NCBI GenBank assembly: GCA_017991935.1
Contig: JAGOPP010000001.1
Span: 16,787 to 80,786, forward strand
DNA length: 64,000 nucleotides
Direction of reading: 5' to 3'
Source: Oscillospiraceae bacterium
GTDB taxonomy: Bacteria; Bacillota; Clostridia; Oscillospirales; Ruminococcaceae
Part shown: piece after piece, positions 42,643-51,261 of the stretch
Numbering within the stretch: position 1 is the first letter of the stretch
Layout: every line of letters starts with the position of its first letter
Made by a program: the position numbers and the translations under genes
The notes under the pieces: generated by a model
Seen by the model: the letters and a program-made list of their open reading frames with translations, nothing else
Databases searched by the model: none
What the model was told of the DNA's origin: nothing

Positions 42643-44073
42643 TTATGGAAGCGGCCTCAGCCTTACGCGCCCATCCATGTCTGTCTCCAGAAAGCGTGTG
42701 GGCGCTCCTTCGCCGGGCGGGATTTCCACCTGAGAGTCGATGAGAGTAAAAATCGCCCGCCCCGTCGTTGTGTCGTAGGTGACCAACGTCACGGTTCGTC
42801 CCGTGTCATGGATATCTTCCACATAGTAATCGAGCCGGACGCCGTCCGGGGTGCGGCATACCTCCAGCAAGGTTGCGAACGCGTCGCCTTTGGCCTCCGG
42901 CATGATCGGCTTCCATTCCAGCGTCTCTCCGGACTGAAAATCCCGGCAGTGGACGGTATACTGCAATCTCTCATCCGGCGTTTCGCGGCGATAGGTGGTA
43001 TAAGCCGCTAAATTTTGCCGGATCGCCACGTCCATTCGCTCTCCGCCTGTTCCAAGGGCCAGATATTCGCCCGTTTCCTCGTCGAGCCGCTCCATGTCGC
43101 AAATCCACATGGTATCCGCGCCGACCTGCTCAAAATGATAATTTGCCGCAAGAATCACGCCGTTTTTTATCTGATACTCCTGATGAAGCTGATCGCCGGA
43201 GAGACAAACCGGAGGGGAATCCCAGCCGACCGACCATAAAGAATACCGGACGCCGTATTGGTCTTCGGCCGCGCCCTGCACGCCGTGCCCCACGGCATAA
43301 TACAGGTTTCCGTTTTCTATCCAATATTGACTGTCCGAAACGCCGAAGGCGTAGGATTCTCCCCGACACCATGCCGCCCACAAGTCCTGTGAGGAATCGA
43401 CCGCCCGCTTTAGCTCATCCCGACCGACGCTATACAGCCAGATCGCGTCGCCGCTGTTGATGGCAAGAATATCGTCATTCAGCCAATCACAATGGGTACG
43501 GGTCGAAATCATCCACGCGTATCTTTCATTGTCTGACCTGTTTTTTACGTCTTGGTCGTAGGTGGAGGGGAAAGCCTTTACAAGCCGCCCGTCCATCGTA
43601 TAAATTGCGGCGTCGGCAAGGGTCGGCAGCCCGTCTTTCTCGACGACAACCGCGTCCAAGCTGCCATATAGGTGAAAACAGGCCAGCACATAGGTCTCAT
43701 TCCACGTATACTCGCAGAATGTGGGATCTTCCCAATCCTGATCGCTCGATTCCCACGGACGGTCGGGCCAGTCGCGGTCGACGGGACGAAAGGTTTTTAC
43801 CGGCTCGTTGTCATGGTCTACAAACAGGATCGTATCCTTTTGACGCACCGAAAACCCGCCGTCCGCGTCCCAACGTACCTGCTGCGGCTGGAATCCCTTG
43901 ACGGTCGCCACGCATTCATAATACGCGTATGTCTTTTCCGGCTCTTGAGAGGAGCCCTCGGATTGCGCCGGGGATGCCGCAGAGCCGCTTTCCTCCGAGG
44001 ACGGTTCCGTACAGCCGGTGATCGCGGTGATCGTTGCGATTGCTAAAAACAGAGCGATCGTTTTTCGGTTCAT
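42643..44073 (-). CDS. hypothetical lipoprotein
   Basis: Lipobox ITAITGCT after MNRKTIALFLAIA. S/E-rich linker, then a W/Y/D-rich ~440-aa domain with no family recognised. Start at an internal ATG of ORF 42643..44124. Confidence 0.7.
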   Translation of the reverse strand: MNRKTIALFLAIATITAITGCTEPSSEESGSAASPAQSEGSSQEPEKTYAYYECVATVKGFQPQQVRWDADGGFSVRQKDTILFVDHDNEPVKTFRPVDRDWPDRPWESSDQDWEDPTFCEYTWNETYVLACFHLYGSLDAVVVEKDGLPTLADAAIYTMDGRLVKAFPSTYDQDVKNRSDNERYAWMISTRTHCDWLNDDILAINSGDAIWLYSVGRDELKRAVDSSQDLWAAWCRGESYAFGVSDSQYWIENGNLYYAVGHGVQGAAEDQYGVRYSLWSVGWDSPPVCLSGDQLHQEYQIKNGVILAANYHFEQVGADTMWICDMERLDEETGEYLALGTGGERMDVAIRQNLAAYTTYRRETPDERLQYTVHCRDFQSGETLEWKPIMPEAKGDAFATLLEVCRTPDGVRLDYYVEDIHDTGRTVTLVTYDTTTGRAIFTLIDSQVEIPPGEGAPTRFLETDMDGRVRLRPLP

Positions 44074-44595
44074 GTTTGTGACACCTGCCTTTCTTTGCCG
44101 CTTGCGCCAAAACCACATAGTCAAAGGGATGGAGGAATGCCGAGCGCATCCGCTTATTTAGGAACATATACCGACATGGGCGGCGGGGCCGATGCCCGCC
44201 GGCCATACCACGTACCCATGTCATGTTTTTGTAAAACCCGCCGCGGGTTACAGTTGTTTCCTATATCGTTACAAGGATAACCCCAAAGCATGGGAAAGAC
44301 AAGAAGTCGGCGAGATATACAAAGCGATAAGACATAAATGCACCAAGAAAGGGCCTATCCGAAAGGCGCCCTCGAAGACCGTTTTTCTGCGCGGCTTGAG
44401 AATTTTTCGGCGTTTCTTTGCCGGAACCATTTCTTTTGTGTGGGTCTCTGAGTTTGTCGTTAAGAACACTCCGGCCATTAAAAATAAGAGACTCCGGAAG
44501 TTATATCCGGGGTCCCTTTTTTACGCCCTCAAAAAAGCCGGGATTCGAGCTTATAAAGCCGCGGATGCCAAAAACTCCGCGTGTTCTTTTGCCCT

Positions 44596-45528
44596 TTACT
44601 TCAACAAAGGCAAAAGCTCGCCGTAGCCCGCTTTCTCCATCTCGCCGCGCGGGATGAAGCGCAGGGACGCGCTGTTGATGCAGTAGCGCAGGCCGCCCAG
44701 CTCCTCGGGCCCGTCGTCGAAGACGTGCCCCAGATGCGCGCCGGAACCGGCCGCGCGGACCTCCGTGCGGCTTCGACCGTAGGAGCGGTCCGGCAACTGC
44801 GTGAGGAGCGCTTCGTCGATGGGCTTTGAAAAGGCCGGCCACCCGCACCCCGATTCGAATTTATCCGTGGAGATAAACAGCGGCTTGCCGCTGATGACGT
44901 CCACATAGATCCCCGGCTCGAAGTTGTCGAAATACGCGTTCGCGAACGGCGGCTCCGTGGCTCCGCCCACCGCCACCTCGTACTGCATCGGCGTCAGCCG
45001 CTCGCGCAGATCGCCGGCGGCGCGCGCCGGTTTTGCGCCGCCGCGGGCTTTCTCAAATTTCGCGGCGGGGATATGGCAGTAGCCGCCGGGGTTTTTGTCG
45101 AGGTAGTTTTGATGGTACGCTTCGGCGGGGTAAAAGTTTTGCAGCGGCGCGAGCTCGACCGCCACGGGCTTCGACAGGCTCTCCTGAAGCAAGGTCAGCC
45201 AGCCGGAGATCAGCGGGCGGTCGCTTTCGTCCTCGTAGTAAATCCCCGTCCGGTACTGGATCCCGGCGTCCCCGCCCTGCCGGTTGACGGACACGGGGTC
45301 GATCATTTCGGCGTAAAGGTCCAGCAGCCCCGTCAGCGTGACGGCGTTCTCGTCGTACACGACGCGCACGGTCTCCGCGTGCCCGCTGTTTTTGCATACC
45401 TCTTGATAAGACGGGTTTTCGGTCGGGCCGTTCGCGTACCCGACGGCCGTCTCCACAACCCCGGGGATCAGCGACAGGTATTTCTGCGCGCCCCAGAAGC
45501 ACCCGCCGGCAAGATAGATCGTTTTCAT
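44596..45528 (-). CDS. msrAB: bifunctional methionine sulfoxide reductase MsrA/MsrB
   Basis: MsrA motif GGCFWG at the N-terminus. MsrB motifs CGWPAF and RYCINS in the C-terminal half. Confidence 0.95.
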   Translation of the reverse strand: MKTIYLAGGCFWGAQKYLSLIPGVVETAVGYANGPTENPSYQEVCKNSGHAETVRVVYDENAVTLTGLLDLYAEMIDPVSVNRQGGDAGIQYRTGIYYEDESDRPLISGWLTLLQESLSKPVAVELAPLQNFYPAEAYHQNYLDKNPGGYCHIPAAKFEKARGGAKPARAAGDLRERLTPMQYEVAVGGATEPPFANAYFDNFEPGIYVDVISGKPLFISTDKFESGCGWPAFSKPIDEALLTQLPDRSYGRSRTEVRAAGSGAHLGHVFDDGPEELGGLRYCINSASLRFIPRGEMEKAGYGELLPLLK

Positions 45529-45886
45529 AGATCGACACCTCCGTGAATGAGTTTATCCTCTCTAAGAAGCATTATATCAGAAGCGCCCCGTTTTTCCACT
45601 TATTTTTCGGAAGCCCACGCTTTGGTGACCCTTTTAAAGTTCCCTGCTTTTGGTAGCTCGATCCGACCGATTTAATCTCCGATACTTTTATTACACAGGA
45701 AGAAGTCACCCCTTGATCGTGAAAATCCGCTCGTACCTCTGCCCCTGACGGCAAAAAAATACGGACATTTGCTATCCCGTATTTATTGATATACCGTATG
45801 GTACCATCAACGTAAACATGATTGGATCCTGCATTCGTTTCTTAGAATTAGTATGCAATAAAACTACTCAATTAAAGAAGTGGACA

Positions 45887-45915
45887 TTGCAAACCGGTAG
45901 TTTTTTTGCTATTAT
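45887..45915 (+). promoter_or_regulatory. candidate promoter of the island XRE gene
   Basis: TTGCAA, 17-nt spacer, TATTAT. A second TATAAT lies 6 nt further on. GAGGAGG RBS follows. Confidence 0.45.
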
Positions 45916-45947
45916 AAAACTATAATCGTCTGAGGAGGTGGCAAAAG

Positions 45948-46160
45948 ATGACAGTAAGTTATAAAAAACTATGGAAACTGCTCATTGACCGTGATATGAA
46001 AAAGAAAGACCTGCAGGCAGCCGCATCACTCGGTCCTTCCACTGTATCCAAATTATCAAATAACGAGTATGTTAGCATGGACGTGCTCATAAAAATATGC
46101 ACCGCTCTTGGTGTTGATTTTGGGGATATCATGGAACTTGTACCTGATGCCCGCGGATGA
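45948..46160 (+). CDS. XRE-family HTH regulator (70 aa)
   Basis: KKLWKLLIDRDMKKKDLQAAASLGPSTVSKLSNNEYVSMDVL is a Cro/CI-type HTH. Strong RBS. Confidence 0.8.
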   Translation: MTVSYKKLWKLLIDRDMKKKDLQAAASLGPSTVSKLSNNEYVSMDVLIKICTALGVDFGDIMELVPDARG

Positions 46161-46218
46161 AATAAACCTACAAGTAGCGGCACGCAAACTAAAGTAGTGA
46201 CGGAAGGGTGGCTGTTCC

Positions 46219-47886
46219 ATGGCACAGCTTGAAGATATCACTGTTGGATGTCAAGTAAACGGCATAGCACGTAATGAGACTGTCACCATAATAGCTGTGC
46301 AGTGGTATGGTTCTGCCGTGTTGGAAATTACCTATAAAAATAGTAAAGGCCAATTAGCCAATCAGCTGTTATATCGTGAAAATGAAGAGGATTTTGAAAT
46401 CCTTAATAATGCATTGCCTTGGAGTTTTGATGCTGATGGAGAATTAATGCGTCTGGCTTCTGAAGCATACCGGATTAATTTGGCGCATATTTTTGATCCA
46501 TATTTGGCGGTACATACTTCTGCCATTGAGCCGCTTCCTCATCAAATTTCAGCAGTATATCAAGAAATGTTACCACGCCTCCCGCTTCGCTATATCCTTG
46601 CGGATGACCCCGGCGCAGGTAAAACTATTATGGCCGGACTTTTCATTAGAGAATTAATGGTACGGGGAGACTTGAAGCGTTGTCTGATTGTTACGCCAGG
46701 CAGCCTTTCGGAACAGTGGCAAGATGAGCTTTATCGTAAATTTCATTTAAAGTTTGAAATATTGACAAACGACCGCATTGAATCCTCCATCAGTGGAAAT
46801 GTATTTTCGGAGATCAATTTTTGTATTGTTCGATTAGATAAACTGGCGCGTAACGATTCGATACAGGAAAAGTTATGGGCAACAGATTGGGATCTGATCG
46901 TATGTGATGAAGCCCATAAGCTTTCAGCTACTATTTGGGGCGGAGAAATCAAATACACGAAACGGTTCATGCTCGGACGTTTGTTATCAAATATCACCCG
47001 AAACTTTTTATTATTAACTGCCACACCGCATAATGGTAAAGATGAGGATTTTCAGCTTTTTCTTTCCTTGATTGACCAAGACCGTTTTGAAGGCGCCGCA
47101 CGCTCATCTAACCAAGCCATTGATGTATCAGATGTCATGCGGCGGCTTGTAAAAGAGGAATTACTTAAATTTGATGGGACTCCGCTGTTTCCAGAGCGGC
47201 GTGCCTATACGGTTAATTATGATTTATCACCGCTTGAGGCCCAGCTTTACGCGGCGGTAACCGAATATGTGCAGGAAGAGTTTAACCGTGCGGACAAGCT
47301 TAACAATGAGCGCAAGACCACGGTCGGCTTTGCCTTAACTATTTTGCAGCGCAGGTTAGCTTCCTCGCCGGAAGCCATCTATCAGTCTCTGCATCGTCGC
47401 CGGGAGCGTCTCGAGAATCGGTTGTCCGAGGAAAAGCTTGGCAAACGGGCAACGGATTATGACGAGAAATATGACGTTCCGGAGGATTATGATGAGGATG
47501 ATCTCCCTTCTTCCGAATTAGAAGTGGAGGAAGAGAACCTAACGGATCATGCTTCGGCAGCAACGACTATCAGTGAGTTGGAAGCCGAAATAAACATTTT
47601 AAAACGACTTGAGCAGATGGCAAATGCTGTCCGGACAAGTGGGGAAGATCGCAAATGGGATGAGCTTTCCAAACTGCTTCAAGACGACAGCCATAAATCC
47701 TTGATTCAATTCATTATATCTCGAAATGTTCTTTTGCCTGTAAAATATACTGTCCAGCGGGAAGGTGATTGTTGGCTGGCGTTTATGGACGAGCCCACCA
47801 CCCCAAAAATAAATATGAAAAAACCTCCGCGCAAACCGAGGAGCGGCAATGTACGCACTCTAATAAAGGAGATTGAAGCTTTATGA
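46219..47886 (+). CDS. SNF2-family helicase, N-terminal ATPase lobe only (C-terminal lobe missing; likely truncated or chimeric)
   Basis: Motif I DDPGAGKT, motif II DEAH (VCDEAHKL), motif III LLLTATPHNG. No Helicase_C motifs IV-VI before the stop. Unrelated ~60-aa tail. Confidence 0.8.
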   Translation: MAQLEDITVGCQVNGIARNETVTIIAVQWYGSAVLEITYKNSKGQLANQLLYRENEEDFEILNNALPWSFDADGELMRLASEAYRINLAHIFDPYLAVHTSAIEPLPHQISAVYQEMLPRLPLRYILADDPGAGKTIMAGLFIRELMVRGDLKRCLIVTPGSLSEQWQDELYRKFHLKFEILTNDRIESSISGNVFSEINFCIVRLDKLARNDSIQEKLWATDWDLIVCDEAHKLSATIWGGEIKYTKRFMLGRLLSNITRNFLLLTATPHNGKDEDFQLFLSLIDQDRFEGAARSSNQAIDVSDVMRRLVKEELLKFDGTPLFPERRAYTVNYDLSPLEAQLYAAVTEYVQEEFNRADKLNNERKTTVGFALTILQRRLASSPEAIYQSLHRRRERLENRLSEEKLGKRATDYDEKYDVPEDYDEDDLPSSELEVEEENLTDHASAATTISELEAEINILKRLEQMANAVRTSGEDRKWDELSKLLQDDSHKSLIQFIISRNVLLPVKYTVQREGDCWLAFMDEPTTPKINMKKPPRKPRSGNVRTLIKEIEAL

Positions 47887-48425
47887 AATTATTTATGCAG
47901 GAGGATTTTGAAAATGAAATAGTTGGTCTAGCAATGCCACATATCAAAAAGCTGTGTTATGGGAAATGGTTCAATCTTGAACTGGAAGATAGGATCATGG
48001 AAGCTGCGTATTTTTTTATTTGCGCCTTACGTAATTTGCCGATTGACAGCGGTCACTTTATGTCCGACTATGAGGATGCGCTTGTTCCCTACATGAATGA
48101 ACAAAACCGCAAAGAACCATCACGCTACCATAGATGTGATCGTTCGTTAGATGATCCGGGGAATACAAATAATACAGATAAAAAGTGGACTCTGTACGAC
48201 ATTTTATCCGGGCCCGATATTGATCAGACAGCTGTTGACGTGGATTCATTTTTAAATTCTCTTCCGATTTGGCAAAAAAATATTTTGCAAGATCGAATGA
48301 TATATGGATATACTGAAACACAAGTGGCACACAAATATGGGTTCCCAAATAATAAGTTAAAAAAAGTCCTTCTAAAAATAGGAGACATTTATCAACAAGG
48401 TCAATGGTCGAAAAAGCAAACTTAA
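47883..48425 (+). CDS. sigma-70 region-4-like HTH protein (conjugative-transposon ORF7-like regulator)
   Basis: C-terminal LPIWQKNILQDRMIYGYTETQVAHKYGFPNNKLKKVL resembles a sigma region 4 / LuxR-like HTH. ATGA overlap with the helicase ORF. Confidence 0.55.
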   Translation: MKLFMQEDFENEIVGLAMPHIKKLCYGKWFNLELEDRIMEAAYFFICALRNLPIDSGHFMSDYEDALVPYMNEQNRKEPSRYHRCDRSLDDPGNTNNTDKKWTLYDILSGPDIDQTAVDVDSFLNSLPIWQKNILQDRMIYGYTETQVAHKYGFPNNKLKKVLLKIGDIYQQGQWSKKQT

Positions 48426-48546
48426 TTTCGTTTTTGCTTACGTAATTTGGTTATTTCGATTATGTAGATACTACTTGCCAATTATCTATTCATTTATCAA
48501 ACATCAATTTTTACGGGATTTTTTAAGTCCTGTATTTCACGCCAAT

Positions 48547-48602
48547 CACAGAAATTTAAAACCACCTGAATCCAGAAAATCAGGTGGTTTTAAATTTCTG
48601 TG
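48547..48602. terminator. 23-bp perfect inverted repeat, probably a bidirectional terminator
   Basis: cacagaaatttaaaaccacctga, 10-nt loop, tcaggtggttttaaatttctgtg. The core ccacctga/tcaggtgg is flanked by A- and T-tracts. Confidence 0.6.
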
Positions 48603-48772
48603 AGACTCATTGGTATTGCTACATCATATTATTTTTCTTTTGCTACATGTCTCTCGAGCAACCTTTGTTATATATTTTGCGGATGCTCCCAACATGGAAC
48701 ACCAGAGGCGATAATACCCAGCGATCCTTTATTTTTCTCAGCGAGAACATTTTCTGCCCCGAGCCATTGTAT

Positions 48773-49195
48773 TTAGCAGTGATCCTCATCCTTTCTTGTT
48801 AAACGCGCAAAACCCGAGAAAATTTTTCTGTACGATGAAATCCTTTCACTTCGTTTTGTTAAGTATCTCACCAAGTTCTTCCACGTATAGGTGACTTGCA
48901 GAGACGGGATAATGCCGGACTTTATCTTAGGGGAGCACCAAAAATAAATCGCCCATTTTAGGATCAGATTCACATCGAGCCTCAATTCTGTAACGCAAAA
49001 GCAACCTCTTAATTTTTGTATCCGTAAGCTTTCATTAAAACCCCGGATTGGATCCACCCATTCGTGCGGAGAACCATTTAAAAATAGTATCGAATGATTT
49101 ATTCTCAAAAGGTATCCGTAAGTAGATATTTTTATATGGTGTACTCTGTCCGCAAAACCGTACCTTTTTGCCTTTTTATCGGCAAGCAAAATCAT
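48773..49195 (-). CDS. hypothetical ORF in AT-rich island, possibly a gene fragment
   Basis: ORF only. No motif recognised. Continues in frame across one stop codon into 49196-49335. Confidence 0.2.
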   Translation of the reverse strand: MILLADKKAKRYGFADRVHHIKISTYGYLLRINHSILFLNGSPHEWVDPIRGFNESLRIQKLRGCFCVTELRLDVNLILKWAIYFWCSPKIKSGIIPSLQVTYTWKNLVRYLTKRSERISSYRKIFSGFARLTRKDEDHC

Positions 49196-49479
49196 TTTTT
49201 GTCAACATGTTGAATATTTTGCCGAAAAGTCTTGTATCTTCCGCTTTCATAGGTATGTCTGAAAATCCCACGAATTAAAACATTTAAAACTTGCAACGGA
49301 TTTATAAAATATGGTACAATCTCTCTGAAAGGATCCATATTCCGGATGGAATGGGAGTGTGTGGATAACGAAATTCCGCGGGACCCGGACGCCGGAGCCC
49401 GCGGGGGCGGAGATTCGCGGGGAACCGCGCGTCTTTCGCGGCTTTGGCACAGACGGACGGCAAGGAGGGACGACAAAAC

Positions 49480-50640
49480 ATGGAGGACGGCGGCAAAGAA
49501 CTGCTAAACGAGTACGAGCGCGGGCAGCTCCAGCGGGAGATTAAGGCCTGCGTCGAAAAATATCTGAACCGTAAGACGGGCGCGGGAGCGGGGAAGATGA
49601 TGGCTCTGGTCTACCATGGGCCGGAGCATATCAGCCTCGACGAGGTCCCCATCCCGCGGATCATCGAGGACGACGACGCGATCCTCCGGGTGACCACCAC
49701 CACGATCTGCGGCACCGATCTCCACATCTGGCACGGCGGCATGCCGGAGATCGAGAGCCCGCGGGTCATCGGCCACGAGTGCTGCGGGGAGATCGTGGAG
49801 GTCGGCCCCGCGGTCCGCAACGTAAAAGTCGGCGACCGGTGCGCGCTCTCCTGCATCACCCAGTGCGGGGAATGCTTCTATTGTTTACAGGGGCTCTATT
49901 CCCACTGCGACACCGGCGGCTGGTTTTTCGGGAATACGATCGACGGCTGCCAAGCCGAATATCTGCGGGTCCCGCACGCCAACTTCGGCTGCCATATCAT
50001 TCCGGACGGGCTTTCCGACGAGGACGTCCTTTTTGTGGGCGACATCCTCTCCACCGGCTATTTCGGCGCGGAAAACGCCGAGATCCAGCCCGGCGAGACC
50101 GTGCTCGTCTCCGGCTGCGGCGCCGTGGGCATCTGCTCGATGGCCTGCGCGAGGCTCTGGGGCCCCTCCAAGGTGATCGCGGTCGATATCATCCAAGAGC
50201 GGCTCGATTTTGCCGTGGAAAACGGCTACGCCGACATCGGCCTGAATCCCAAGACCTGCGACCTCCCGGCGGAGATCAAAAAGCTCACGCACGGACGCGG
50301 GGCCGACCGCTGCATCGAGGCCGTCGGCAGCGCGCCGACCTTCCAGACGGCCTTGGACAATGTCCGCCCGGGGGGAAGCGTGTCCGTGACCGGCGTGTTT
50401 GAAAAGCCGTTTGAGCTCGCGATGAACGAGCTCTGGATCAAAAACATCAAGATCAGCATGGGCCTCGTGAACGCGAACCGCATTCCCTACCTGATCGACC
50501 TGATTCAGGCCGGAAAGATCAGCACGAAGCCCCTGATCACCCACCGCGCGCCACTTAACGATATTCTGAAGGGCTACGACGTCTTCGGCAACAAAAAGGA
50601 CAACTGCATCAAATGGATCGTCACCCCCTACGAGCGATGA
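49480..50640 (+). CDS. zinc-dependent alcohol/threonine dehydrogenase-family oxidoreductase
   Basis: Catalytic Zn site GHECCGEIVEVG, structural Zn site CGECFYCLQGLYSHC, NAD motif VSGCGAVG. ATG at 49480 follows AAGGAGG. ATG at 49597 (MMALVYHG) is the alternative, more canonical start. Confidence 0.9.
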   Translation: MEDGGKELLNEYERGQLQREIKACVEKYLNRKTGAGAGKMMALVYHGPEHISLDEVPIPRIIEDDDAILRVTTTTICGTDLHIWHGGMPEIESPRVIGHECCGEIVEVGPAVRNVKVGDRCALSCITQCGECFYCLQGLYSHCDTGGWFFGNTIDGCQAEYLRVPHANFGCHIIPDGLSDEDVLFVGDILSTGYFGAENAEIQPGETVLVSGCGAVGICSMACARLWGPSKVIAVDIIQERLDFAVENGYADIGLNPKTCDLPAEIKKLTHGRGADRCIEAVGSAPTFQTALDNVRPGGSVSVTGVFEKPFELAMNELWIKNIKISMGLVNANRIPYLIDLIQAGKISTKPLITHRAPLNDILKGYDVFGNKKDNCIKWIVTPYER

Positions 50641-50727
50641 GACGCGCTCCCGGCTTGTAAAACAAGCCGCTTCGTGGTAAAATAACACGGGAATCCCGAA
50701 AAAACATCGGGGAGGGGGAAAACGAAG

Positions 50728-50949
50728 ATGTCAAAACCCAAAAAACTTAGGAGGCTCGTCAAGGCCGCCCATATGGGCAAGCCCGCGGCCATGTATCGCC
50801 TTGGCCTCGATTACGGGCGCGGCGGCCACTTTGACCGGGACGAGGAGCTTGCGGAGAACTGGATCCTGCTGGCGGCCGAGTTTGATTTTACGCCCGCGAA
50901 GGCTTGGCTTGAGGAGCGTGGCGCGGCCAAAACCGGCGCCGAGAAATAG
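50728..50949 (+). CDS. small Sel1-repeat protein (73 aa)
   Basis: AAMYRLGLDYGRGGHFDRDEELAENWILLAAE fits the Sel1/TPR-like repeat pattern. Confidence 0.55.
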   Translation: MSKPKKLRRLVKAAHMGKPAAMYRLGLDYGRGGHFDRDEELAENWILLAAEFDFTPAKAWLEERGAAKTGAEK

Positions 50950-51002
50950 GCCGAACGAAAAAAATCCCCCGGGACCCCAAAAAGGGAAGCCCGGGGATTT
51001 TT

Positions 51003-51221
51003 TTATTTTCCGCAAAGCTTGTGTTTCAGCGCGATGATCCGCTCCCGGCGGGCGGCGGTCGTCTCCGCGTCGGAAACGTAGTCCCCGCTGTCCGTCCGGC
51101 GAAAACAGTCCCCGGGGCGCGCGTCCTCCGGCAGCGCCTCTCTCGGGACATGGATCAGGGTTTCGTTTCCCTCGAGGACCGCGATGTCCTCCTCAAACCG
51201 GTCAAGGATCCAAAGCTCCAT
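51003..51221 (-). CDS. DUF3006-domain protein (72 aa)
   Basis: MELWILDRFEEDIAVLEGNE...EGD-type pattern. Sits immediately downstream of an MBL-fold gene, which is the usual DUF3006 context. Confidence 0.7.
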   Translation of the reverse strand: MELWILDRFEEDIAVLEGNETLIHVPREALPEDARPGDCFRRTDSGDYVSDAETTAARRERIIALKHKLCGK

Positions 51222-51261
51222 TTTTTTCACCCTTTCTTTATGATCCGGTTCCGGCGTCCGT

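Larger units (their letters stand above)
45760..49290. mobile_element. AT-rich foreign island, probably a degraded integrative element or defence-island remnant
   Basis: Abrupt, visible drop in GC relative to both flanks. Contents: XRE regulator, truncated SNF2 helicase, sigma-region-4-like ORF, broken ORFs. No integrase, and the boundaries are approximate. Confidence 0.45.

Noticed and set aside
44192-44626. 144-aa plus-strand ORF in the lipoprotein-msrAB intergenic region
   Set aside because: It has no RBS, a basic low-information sequence, overlaps the msrAB 3' end, and the region looks like promoter and terminator space for the flanking minus-strand genes.
45572-45754. 60-aa minus-strand ORF upstream of msrAB
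   Set aside because: It has a TTG start with no RBS and no recognisable family. It is probably the msrAB promoter region or the island edge.
45797-49321. 11/12-nt direct repeat TATGGTACNATC at 45797-45808 and 49310-49321 as att sites flanking the AT-rich island
   Set aside because: A match of this length is expected by chance when scanning two AT-rich flanks. The right copy overlaps a plausible promoter (TTGCAA...TGgTACAAT) for the dehydrogenase gene.
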